Source of the DNA: Octopus vulgaris
Lineage: Eukaryota
Assembly (NCBI GenBank): GCA_951406725.2
Contig: OX597814.1
Span: 62,372,001-62,436,000 of the forward strand
Length of the DNA stretch: 64,000 nucleotides
Direction: 5' to 3'
How positions within the stretch are numbered: the stretch's first letter is position 1; each line of letters begins with the position of its first letter. The translations under genes and the position numbers were made by a program. The notes beneath the pieces were generated by a model. That model saw nothing but the letters and a program-made list of their open reading frames with translations, was not told where the DNA came from and ran no database searches. Shown here piece after piece: positions 53,421-64,000 of the stretch.

Positions 53421-54644
53421 ATTTCGCTAAAGGCATATATGGGACAAGTAGTGGTGATAAACAGAGTGGCGTGATGCATTTACTACCCAGACAAAATTAT
53501 AACAGGACTATATTATAAGAATAATGACCCAAATACAAAGAGTCAATAAACAGGTATATCGTGCCATTGCTTTACAACGATTGTTCCTTCATTTAGATTG
53601 TAATTCGAGGAAATTTCTGTATTGAGGATAAGGCAAGACTGAGCTGCCTACCTGATAACTGACTGACATTTGCATTGAAGTGGGTTCGTGGTCAAGACAG
53701 TTAAGCAACGTCAACATTATACAAGTGATGAATGCTTTGATAGGTGACAGTGTTGGGTTGAAATCCAGTAATAAGTATTATTAGATGGGAACGAGGGCAT
53801 CCTTAGGCGTTCGCTTGATCTGCTAGAAATAGTAACCGTATTTCCTCAAATCACACCCATCGTCTTAAAACAAGAGGGAAGCATGGCGAATTTCAACCCT
53901 AACTATACAAAAAGGAATATACAGAAGGCTGGAAAACCTTTGATTATGGGTCTACTTAATTAGGATTGAGCTGGGGCTAAACAATAATAACAACTAGAAG
54001 AGTAGCTATATCCAACAGAGTTGGTCTCATTTAGAATCGGTTTGTTGATTAGACCCAGGTCAGCGTTAATCGAGCAGACCTGGTCAAAAGCATTTCAGCA
54101 TGATTATCCGAATTTCTTAAGATAGCTGGTAAAATTGGGATATTTGGCTACTATTTCTAGCAGTAAATGCTCTTTTTAAAATTGATATCGGGCTCGAAGT
54201 CACGGTATAGTTGGCATAAATAGTATTTGGTTGACAGCAATCTTCTATACAAAATTGAATATGTCAGTTTATTAATTAAAATGTTTAATCGTGTTCATGA
54301 CAGTCGGCAGAAGTACGCAGTTGACCGCGTTTATAAAATATCGGACACCGGACCAAAGAAGTCGCCAATTTGTATCATGTCACCGCTAAAACCACCTGTC
54401 TTCAAAGCATTTATTACGAAATGGCTACAGCGCATCATGGCAAGCAGAAGCAAAATTATAATTAGCAAATAGATTCATTAATTTGAAAACAGTGCATTCA
54501 CTTCTCTTTTCAGTGTAGAGTAGGCAACAAGAAGCCACTTTAGGTTATTAGTTAGTACGTTGATAAACTCACTATCCATTCTCTTCCTTGATTACTGTGC
54601 TAAGATGCACACTACACCGGATAAAATGAAGATAAACCAAAGAT

Positions 54645-54795
54645 ATTCGTTTCTTTTCTACTCTAGGTGCAAGGCTGAAATTTTGGGGGAGGGGGCCAGT
54701 CGATTAGATCGACATCAGTACGCAGCTGGTACTTAATTTATCGACCCCGAAAGGATGAAAGGCAAAGTCGACCTCGGCGGAATTTAAACTCAGAC
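54645..54795 (-). mobile_element. tRNA-derived SINE (family A), head truncated
   Basis: Matches other family A copies. Confidence 0.85.
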
Positions 54796-55234
54796 CAAAG
54801 ATATTGCGCTTTGACTGAGTTTGACTCGTCCAACTCCGATCATCATTTAGAAACTGTAAGTGCACAGGAACACAATAGATTGGAACAAAAATTAAGACAC
54901 AGCAACCTCTAAGACAAACCATGAGGTACACAATATAGTTTTGTAGTATGCATGACATTATATTAAGTGTTTGACCAATTAATTAAGTGTAGGACCGCCG
55001 AGTGTGGTGGTGGACCCCTGATGGGCAGGATTCATGAATAGAGCTCCTAATGAGGATCAAAGGAGTGAAATCCCCGTCGAAGCATTATCGTATTTTTTGC
55101 AATATTTCAACTTTAAATACATTATTAAGAGTTACTTTAACGACTTCATTAATGTACAGTCGAGAAGACTCACAAGTAAACGAAATATACTTTGTTACTT
55201 TTATAAAGCAACTGTTTTTATCATTTCCCCGAAG

Positions 55235-55715
55235 TAAGGCGGTGAGCTTGCAGAATCGTTACCGCACCAAAGAAAATGCTTAGCAGTATTTCTTAGCGGA
55301 TCCTAAGGCGGCGAGCTGGCAGAAACGTTAGCACGCCGGGCGAAATGCTTTGCAGTATTTCGACTGGCGCTACGTTCTGAGTTCAAATTCTGCCGAGGTC
55401 GACTTTGCCTTTCATCCTTTCAGGGTCGATAAATTAAGTACCAGTTACGCACTGGGGTCGATATAATCGACTTAATCCGTTTGTCTGTCCTTGTTTGTCC
55501 CCTCTGTGTTTAGCCCCTTGTGGGTAGTAAAGAAATAAGTATTTCTTAGCGGATCCTTACGTTCTGAATTCTAATGCTGCCGAGGTCGACTTTGCCTCAT
55601 TTCGGGGAAGGGGCAGGCGATAAAATAAGTAAAAAATGAGCAATTGGGGTTGATGTTATCGAAATATCCGTCCCCTCAAAATTTCCGGCTTTGTGCTAAA
55701 ATTTGAAGCAGTTAT
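55235..55715 (+). mobile_element. Family A SINE nested inside an older family A SINE
   Basis: Inner copy 55305-55537 flanked by 20-bp TSD AGTATTTCTTAGCGGATCCT (55285-55304, 55538-55557). Confidence 0.92.
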
Positions 55716-55779
55716 TTCACTTAAGTCAATTCTCCTAGGAAGTTTTTTTTTCAATATAAAGTATGACCTGCTCATTCAG

Positions 55780-56800
55780 TCTCTTCTGTGTTATCGTGTA
55801 TCTCAAGAAGGCTATGCTGAGCTTTAATTTCAGCAGATGCTACTATAACTAGCAACATTGCATATTCAGAATGCAATACATGCGCTTGGAAAAATCTAAT
55901 GTAACTTGTACATCTTTATTGTGTTTAAAAGTTGATATGGCCTCCATATTTTCACCGAAATTTGATGCATGCATTATCTTAAATACGTCATTTCCTTTTG
56001 CATTGATCCTGTGAGGAGTTGTCTTTGCATTTATTCTTACGTATGCGAAGTCATGTTTCTCTTCTCATATGCTTCGATATTGTTACAAAACGTAAAACAA
56101 TGTTAAAGGTATTTGCACCTTCAATCTGCTTTGACATTCTTGCAAAACAGCAAATCATTGGCAATAAAGAAGAGATGCCGTTTGGATTCAGATAGAGGCT
56201 TAGCAGACTTTCTCTTCTGGTTCAGCATCGCACTTAATAGCACTAAGTCCTATCTTTCTATTTTTATAGGGGTCGGAGTGCAATTTAGGTTTCTCAGAAG
56301 CTCGACCAGTCTTGTATCATTTAAATTTTTGATTGTTTGTCTGCCTCATAGATCCTTCAAGATCGTCCAAGAGCGACTCCAGATTTAAGACCATTACATT
56401 TATTGTCACATTTTTGTCTGTTGATTCGAATCATTTCTTCGATCTGTTTGGAAATCAACATCGATGAAATAAGAATGTGAAGGAAGGATGACACAAATTT
56501 GAGTGCAACATTGACTTAATTATTGTTGTTTTTTGTATGTTTCTTTAGCATAAGCCGTTTTGCTGCAAGAAGAGCAGCAAATTGTTCACACTTCGTATTT
56601 CTGTCCAAATGACACCTAAAAAAAGTGTGAAGCGACTCATCCAACTGCTTATTGAAAGTAGTTCAGCACTGAGGACAAAAAGAAAATAAATTGCGAAGTA
56701 AATATTTTTCTTTTTAACAAATGTAGTGAACAGTAAGTACATAATGGCTCGGACATGGGTAGACAGAATCACATATGGGGAATTAAACCACATGTCTGCT
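55780..56800 (-). mobile_element. Possible highly degenerate hAT transposase
   Basis: YFAI, RSWTILK..IKNLNDTR (cf. RW..L..K.LS.TRW) and MSKQIE in the expected order. Confidence 0.4.
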
Positions 56801-58082
56801 ATAAATAGACAGCACAGCTGTAATGAACAAATAAGCTAACCAGATGCCGAGTATCTTTCTTAGTTTATTAGATTTTATTTGTACAAGCGAGAAGTAAATA
56901 TATTCATTTTGGTTTTTATTCGAAACATTGAGAATCTTGAAAAGAAGTATTCTTTTAAAGAAGCTCGATATATTTCTCAGGTTGTTTTCTATTTATTGAT
57001 AGCTTTATTTTATTTGAGCTTCTTTAAAAAAAAGACTTGTCAACTTTGTCAATGTTCAAAAAAAAAAAAAAAGAAAACACAGAGAAAAAGAAACTCAAAC
57101 AAATTTTTTCCCCTTTGTTCGTAAAGAGAACATTTCAGAAAGTAGTTAATGGTCATTCTGAAAGTAATGGCTTGTACCTGCTGTTCCGCCTCCTGTAAGC
57201 ACTTGGTTCAATTCGCATAGGAGAGGCAAATGTCTTTCTTTTTCTACCTAAGTGGTATATTTATCCGAAATATTTTTGTTATCTATTTATTAATAGCTTT
57301 ATTTGCAGGCCCTGGTTGAACACACCTCTGTCTCATAGATATACTCAGTCAGGACATGACGCTACCCAATAGTAACAACATATATTCACTCTTCGTAAAA
57401 TAAGAACATATATTCACTCTTCGTAAAAACTTGTTTTTGCTTAGTGGCAGGTCAAACCTGATCAAGCGGACTGATGACCAAAAGCGTGCAAGACGCGATT
57501 ATCCTGTTTGGTTTTTGGTAATGCATTCTTTAGTTAAATTATAGTTCAGTCTTCTTTAGGTAGAAAGTATGTAGTCTGAGAGACTTGTTTTCGCTATTTC
57601 AAGCAGCTAAACAACTGCGTAGAAACTTCCTTACTGGCTCATCGGAAAATGAGATAAATTCATGGTAATGAGGAAAGGTGAGCTCTAACATTCCTAGAGT
57701 TATTTGAGGAAATGAGAAAAGTGTTGGAAGACTGTGATTGAAGGTGGAATGTAAGAAAAAATTAGGTGGAAAAGGAGATGACCATATATAAAATAAGTGA
57801 TCAACGGTGTCTCACTTACAAAGCAAAGTTTAGAAAGAAATGACAGAATTAAATGAAGAAAAATATAATCGAAGCGGGAAAGAGGGAGGTAGAATGTTAA
57901 AAGAAGCTGTATGTATACGTACAACGACGCATGAAGGTGTTTATACATATACATACATACATACATACATACATACGCAACCAAGGAAGGGAGAATTAAA
58001 GAGCTTAAGAAACAAATGGTGATTATTAGTATGACATACAGCACTGATACAGGTATATACATAAATATATATACATGCACAA

Positions 58083-58159
<77 letters not shown>

Positions 58160-58613
58160 TAAATACATGTAATGGTGCTTCAGTTTACACACACACATAC
58201 ACACACGTATATATGCATAGGTATAAACATACACACTCACACTCACACAGATACATTCACTAAAAAGACACACTTACACACTCTCACACACACACGTATA
58301 TGTGCATAGATATAAATACCCTCCACAGATACGTGTACTTAAAAGGCACACATACACATACACATACAGGTGCACAAAGATACGTGCACACACGCAGATA
58401 CACACACAAAGCAGTAGGCGGTTGAAAGAGGAAATGGTTAGGGAAAGGCCTGAGGAGAAAGTGGAGTAAACTGACAAAAATAAGGTGATTGAGTGAGTTG
58501 GAAATAATGAATCGATATACGATGCGTATAAAACAACGTAGAAACCAAGGTGTATACACCTAAGCACACGTCGGTACAAAAGAGGAAAGCCAAGCACTAC
58601 GGATTAAAAGACT

Positions 58614-58711
58614 CTTCTTCTTCTTCTTCTTCTTCTTCTTCTTCTTCTTCTTCTTCTTCTTCTTCTTCTTCTTCTTCTTCTTCTTCTTCTTCTTCTTCTT
58701 CTTCTTCTTCT
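58614..58711. repeat. (TTC)n microsatellite
   Basis: Directly visible. Confidence 0.95.
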
Positions 58712-58943
58712 TTCCAGAGGTGAATTATCCAAACTCCCAAGTATTCCTCTAAACACATGACTATGATGCTCCCCACGACTTCTGTTCGTGATCGTCAGCC
58801 ACAAGGGAAAATGCTCAACTGGTATTGAGCAGAATATTTGTTGTAGCCCATCTTTTATACCAAGACAAAACAGTTTAGATGAAAACACTTCCAATCAGTT
58901 AAGATGAGAAACCACGAGAACCACTACCTGGTACTGCATCAGG

Positions 58944-59025
<82 letters not shown>

Positions 59026-59027
59026 AA

Positions 59028-59471
59028 AAGGCAGTGAGCTGGCAGAATCGTTAGAACGCCGGGCGAAGTGCTTAGCGGTATCTTGTATATCTTTACGTTC
59101 TGAGTTCAAATTCCGCCGAGGTCGACTTGGCCTTTCATCCTTTCGGGGTTGATAAATTAAGTACCAGTTGAGTACTGGGGTTAATTTAATCGACTAGTCC
59201 CTTCTCCATAAATTTCAGGCCTTGTGTCTATAGTAGAAAAGATTATTATTATAATTAAAAGCGATGATCTGGCATAATCGCTAACAAGGCGGAAAAAATG
59301 CTTAGCAGTATTTCGCCCGTCTTTACGTTCTGAGTTCAAATTACGCCTAGGTAGATTTTGTATTTCCTCCTTTCGCGATCGTGAAAGTAAGTACCAGCTG
59401 AACGTTGGGGTCGATGTAATCAACTTACCTCTTCCTTCCAAAAATCAAGCCTTGTGCCTATAATAGAAAGG

Positions 59472-59475
<4 letters not shown>
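59028..59475 (+). mobile_element. Two tandem family A SINEs with (ATT)n tails
   Basis: Copies at about 59028-59250 and 59258-59475. Confidence 0.88.
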
Positions 59476-59508
<33 letters not shown>

Positions 59509-59699
59509 GCGAGAGAGCAGCGCATGCCATCAAAGTGGCACGGGTACAAATATACGAAGTTCAATATACCAATCATGATTACTTGTCTGATAAGAGTACA
59601 TCAGTTCTGTCTAAATGTGTTAATGCAGATTTTGTCCAATCTAAAAAAGGTGATGAAAAATGCCTTAGGAATGAGAACCCAATGTCGAAATTTCCCCAA

Positions 59700-59745
59700 G
59701 ACACCTGATGAAGGCTGGAGGGTACATCAGCCGAAACGTTGTGTT
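59700..59745 (+). ncRNA. Minimal type-I hammerhead ribozyme motif, intact core
   Basis: GACAC-CUGAUGA-A-GGCUG-gagggtacat-CAGCC-GAAA-C-GUU-GUGUU: stem I and stem II pair, stem III is the palindrome ACGU. Confidence 0.75.
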
Positions 59746-59972
59746 AACAACAAACAAGATGAGGACAAATATCCGTCAATTGTAAATACTGTAAATAATG
59801 TACATAATTCCTCATCTCTTAAATATAAAACTGTTTCTTTCACAAATTTCTTTATCATCTTAATCTATGCCGTTTGAAACGCCATGGAGAGGTTTATTAG
59901 GGAAGGATATGAGTGAATATTTAAAAGTATTTGCAGCGCGTAAGATGTTTGTAAGCAATTCCAGAACAATAA

Positions 59973-60159
59973 AAACCGTTACTTTCACTGCAACATTTAA
60001 ATTTCATTTGTGTCTAAATATTTTCGTTCTTTGAAACCGTGACAAAACTCTGACAAAAATTCGTGCATCTGTTTTGTCAGTGAACAAGTCTCGGTTTCAA
60101 ATCGGCGAAAAAGTTGAGACTGAAATGAGATTTAAATGTTGCAGTGAAACTAACGGTTT
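59973..60159. repeat. Palindromic insert with G3-C8 hammerhead-like remnant
   Basis: 37-bp outer arms plus inner arms; TGTCA-GTGAACA-AGTC..GGC-GAAA at 60075-60110. Confidence 0.65.
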
Positions 60160-60317
60160 GTGTGTGTGTGTGTTCTTGAATGACTTACGACACCTTATAT
60201 ATGTACGTATAAGTAATTATGTATGTATGTATGTATGTATGTATGTATGTATGTATGTATGTATGTATGTATGTATGTATGTATGTATGCATGTATGTAT
60301 GTATGCATGTGTATATA

Positions 60318-60892
60318 TATAATAAAATACAAAATGGGACAAGAACGCAAAACATCTGGACAACTAGGTGATACAAAAGGGGACAACAAAACATCCAGAT
60401 AGACGATACAAAAAAACACGGACGGGTCATTCGAAGCCTTTTATCTTCAGTCAAGAACCGGATCATCCTCGCAATTTCGGCTGATTAATCTCGAGATTGC
60501 TCCAATCTGGCCAGCCCCAAGGAAAAACTAAGCTAAGAGCATTAGATTCCTTGGAAAATAGCATCGAGTGTATACGAAACAAGGACGGAAAAACAGACGA
60601 TGTTACACGAATATAAATACAAAAATACAATAAAAAACAGCAATAATAATAATAACAGGACATAACAACAGGCGTCTTTCGACTGGGGGCGAATTGAATT
60701 CAGCTGGCGTGTATGGAAATGAAGCCTTACGGCAGAGGGAAGAATGTCGATGAGGCAGTGACCACAGTCGAACGTAAAAGGGCTAGCAGTCGGCCAACGG
60801 TCACGTGAGAAGAAAAGAGAGAGAAAAAGAGGAACAAAGGAAGTAAGAAAGGCAAGGATGTTTTGTTGTCCCCTTTTGTATCATCTAGTTGT
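60318..60892. repeat. Insert after (TA)n with 37-bp inverted terminal segment (Penelope-like junction)
   Basis: 60360-60396 vs 60856-60892 are reverse complements with 1 mismatch. Confidence 0.6.
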
Positions 60893-61026
60893 AGGGAGAG
60901 AGTTTCTCCCCACTCTCTCTCACATTTCTTTGCCTTTCTTACTCACTTTGCACTTCACTATATCCCTGTCTCTCTTTTTTTCTCGCCACTCCTTGATTCT
61001 TCCGTCTATCTACTTCTACACACACA

Positions 61027-61064
<38 letters not shown>

Positions 61065-61244
61065 CTCTCTCTCTCGCTCTCGCTCTCGCTCTCTCGCTCT
61101 CGCTCTCTCGCTCTCGCTCTCTCGCTCTCGCTCTCCCGCTCTCGCTCTCTCTCTTCTCTCCTCCTTAATTCCTTTGTTTCTCTTTTTCTGTCTCTTTTCT
61201 TCTCACGTGACCATGTTTCTAAGCAAGTATTGGATGAGTGTTAT

Positions 61245-61455
61245 ACTGGTTTCAAATTTTGGCACAAATCCTGCAATTTCTTGTTAGGGGTAAGTCGATT
61301 GCATTGGTCCCAGTACGTAGCTGGTACTTATTTACTCGACTCCGAAAGGCTGAAAGGCAAAGTCGACCTCGGCGGAATTTCAACGCAGAACGTAAAGGCG
61401 GACGAAATGCCGCTAAGCATTTTATCTGGCGCAGTAGTGATTCCGCCAGCTAACC
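61245..61455 (-). mobile_element. tRNA-derived SINE (family A)
   Basis: Matches other family A copies. Confidence 0.85.
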
Positions 61456-62442
61456 ACCTTAAATAAGTGTTATATTGATTCTTTGAAAAAATCCTTTCAT
61501 ACAGGGTCGTCTTAGCAACACTGACCCCAGGACAAATCAATGTATTAGGTTTTGTAATATTTATTGACAGTAACGCATAAATCTATGTATGCTCTGGCAC
61601 ACATAGATCAGAACTGGGTCCTAGTTGCGTGAGGCTCCCGGGCAATCGTCTAGTATACGCATGGCTTAAGACGGCACTGCATACATAGATATTGGGTAAA
61701 CTTGAAACCCGCATAAAATAATAACAATGCTGATAGCAAATTCCCCCTCGAGGGTCTCGTGTGTTCCATAGATCCGAGAGAGTGTTACCGTCAGGATGTT
61801 CTTGGCTAACGGTGATCCACAGTACCTAGGCCCGTCGCCAAGATATCAGCCCCATTATCCGACTATTCTGCAGAGGACCATACAACTCGCCCTGAAGAAC
61901 CCTCAACCTGTTACGACACCGACCAGGAGAAACCAGACGAAAGCAGTAATAGTAAATTCAGTTAATTTTGTTGATTATCACTGAGTTCGCTTCAGTCCCA
62001 AAGCTAATAACTCATTTCTTCTCTTCAGTATATCTATTTGATATTACTATAAAGCAATGGAAAACGATACTACCGCCACCAGCAGTAGCCGCAATAGCAA
62101 AAAAAAAAAAAAAAAAAAAAAAAGATAGGAAAAAAGAAAAAGAGGGAAAGGTAGTGAGATCGGTGGGTGTATTTGTCAATGTAGAACGTGTCTAAGGCGC
62201 CTCTATTTGATTTTGCTAGCCTAAAGAATGAACTTATCCTGAAAAGTTAATTGAATTTTAACGACTTGTTGGACGGAAAATTGTGTGCCATTATGTCAAG
62301 TGTTAGAAAAAAATAACCCGAATTCTTATAAGATTGATTTCACTAAAACTTAGTTTTATGTTTTTCACATTTTTTCCCTTAACAATTCGGAGTAATAAAA
62401 AAAAAAGTCATGCTTTTTAATTAAATTTTCTGCGAAAGAAAG

Positions 62443-62608
62443 GTATGTATGTATGCATGCATGCATGCGTGCAAGCACGTATGTATGTATGTATGTATGT
62501 ATGTATGTATGTATGTATGTATGTATGTATGTATGTATGTATGTATGTGTATGCATGTAACTATTGATTTATATATATATTTAAATCTCTATATGTACAC
62601 ACACATAC

Positions 62609-62653
<45 letters not shown>

Positions 62654-62699
62654 GACTGTTTATGCATGTACATATATATATGATTGTATATATATGTAT

Positions 62700-62755
<56 letters not shown>

Positions 62756-62935
62756 ATATATACACATACATACATATATGCATATGTATGTGTATATATG
62801 TCTGAATATATGTATAGATGTGTGTATGTGTATGTATGTGTGTGTATGCGTGTGTATGTTTATGTGCGTGTGTATAGTGTGATGTGTGTATATACGCGCA
62901 TGTGTGTATGTTAGTGCATGTCTTTGTGTGTGTAA
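62443..62935. repeat. Compound (TATG)n/(TA)n/(TG)n low-complexity tract
   Basis: Directly visible. Confidence 0.9.
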
Positions 62936-64000
62936 TGTAGAACATTCATAAATGCATTACTCCAATATTCTTTTTATATCGAAATTAGTTCCAACTATTG
63001 ACAGACGCCATTATAAAGGTAATTTTTCTTTGGGGAATGCATGCAAGAAAAAAAAGTGAAAAAATATTTTTTCTACTGAAGACATAAAGTAAATAATGTT
63101 ATTGCCAAGAGAGAAACTAATGAAACGATTGCGTAAGATAATTGATCGAAACTTATCGATCCGTATATTTACTTTCTTCCTGTTTTTCGGTCATTCGTTT
63201 TTCTTTCATTATAGCCATTCTGCTGGATCTCCTCCGACCAAGTTATCTGTATATAGAAACGTGAATTTTCCGTGTGTCCGCTTTTTATTCAGTATCCAGA
63301 AAACGGACGTACATACAAAATTGTACGGTTAATACTTAGTAAGAAACCGATTGGTAATATTACATAACACTGTATATATTATAATTACACGTCTCACAGG
63401 GAAGGGTTGTATGATACTTATCTTGATGTGTAAACAGCAATGGGACATTTTTTAAAATTACGTAATCTTATCGAAAAAATCTGACCATTTTGTCATTCAA
63501 CTATTTTTCTTTCTCAGTTCCCAAGAAGAAGAGAAAGGATAAAAGAAGGGAAATGTGTAGGATACGAGAGAAAATCAAAGAGAAAGTGGATTAGAGAGAT
63601 ACAGAATAAGAGATACGTGTGAGAGAGAAATCGATTGAAAGTGTGTGAGAGAGAGAGTGGGGAGAGGAGTGGTAATTTTGATAATGAGAGAGTTACTGAC
63701 ACGTAGATAAACAGATAGAAAAAGAAGGAAAATATGCTTTCAATCTAGTAGTGTATTCTGGGACCATTGTTGGAGATTCTTGATCACCTAGAATTAATAA
63801 CCAAATCACATCACTGTAGTTTTTGTATAGACAAAATGTTTATTATGTTACAACGCAGTTCATGTGGTAGCATGGCTATCAAATCTATAGATATATTCTA
63901 TCATGAACATCATCTAGTCGAGCTTGCTCAGGCATTTTTAACCTGCACACTCAATCCAGCCCGGGCCTGCATAATGAGAGATCTTCGGGGAGGCATCCAG

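Noticed and set aside
60420-60520. Minus-strand CTGAAGA and GGCTG..CAGCC-GAAA pieces
   Set aside because: Core boxes are in the wrong order and do not assemble into one hammerhead
61890-61945. CTGAAGA..GAAA hammerhead candidate
   Set aside because: No convincing stem II or stem I pairing

Overview
AT-rich, microsatellite-dense animal DNA; the SINE families and repeat landscape resemble a coleoid cephalopod such as Octopus (inference from recall, not a search). No host protein-coding exon can be supported, and most ORFs in the track are translations of microsatellites. The window is a transposable-element graveyard. DNA transposons: three mariner remnants, two mariner MITEs, one Tc1, two or three hAT remnants, a Helitron and a possible pogo fragment. 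Retroelements: a Gypsy provirus carrying a nested SINE and a solo LTR, a second Gypsy gag remnant, RTE and CR1/L2-like LINE fragments, a restriction-like-endonuclease (R4/Dong-type) fragment inside (CATA)n, a Penelope-like RT, and many tRNA-derived SINEs. The most interesting signal is a set of minimal type-I hammerhead-ribozyme-like motifs. One sits in the 3' half of a tRNA-headed SINE (two copies). Others sit in short, often palindromic inserts next to microsatellites, and together they show C3-G8, U3-A8 and G3-C8 versions of the catalytic core pair. All calls come from manual reading and translation, and coordinates of degenerate elements are approximate.
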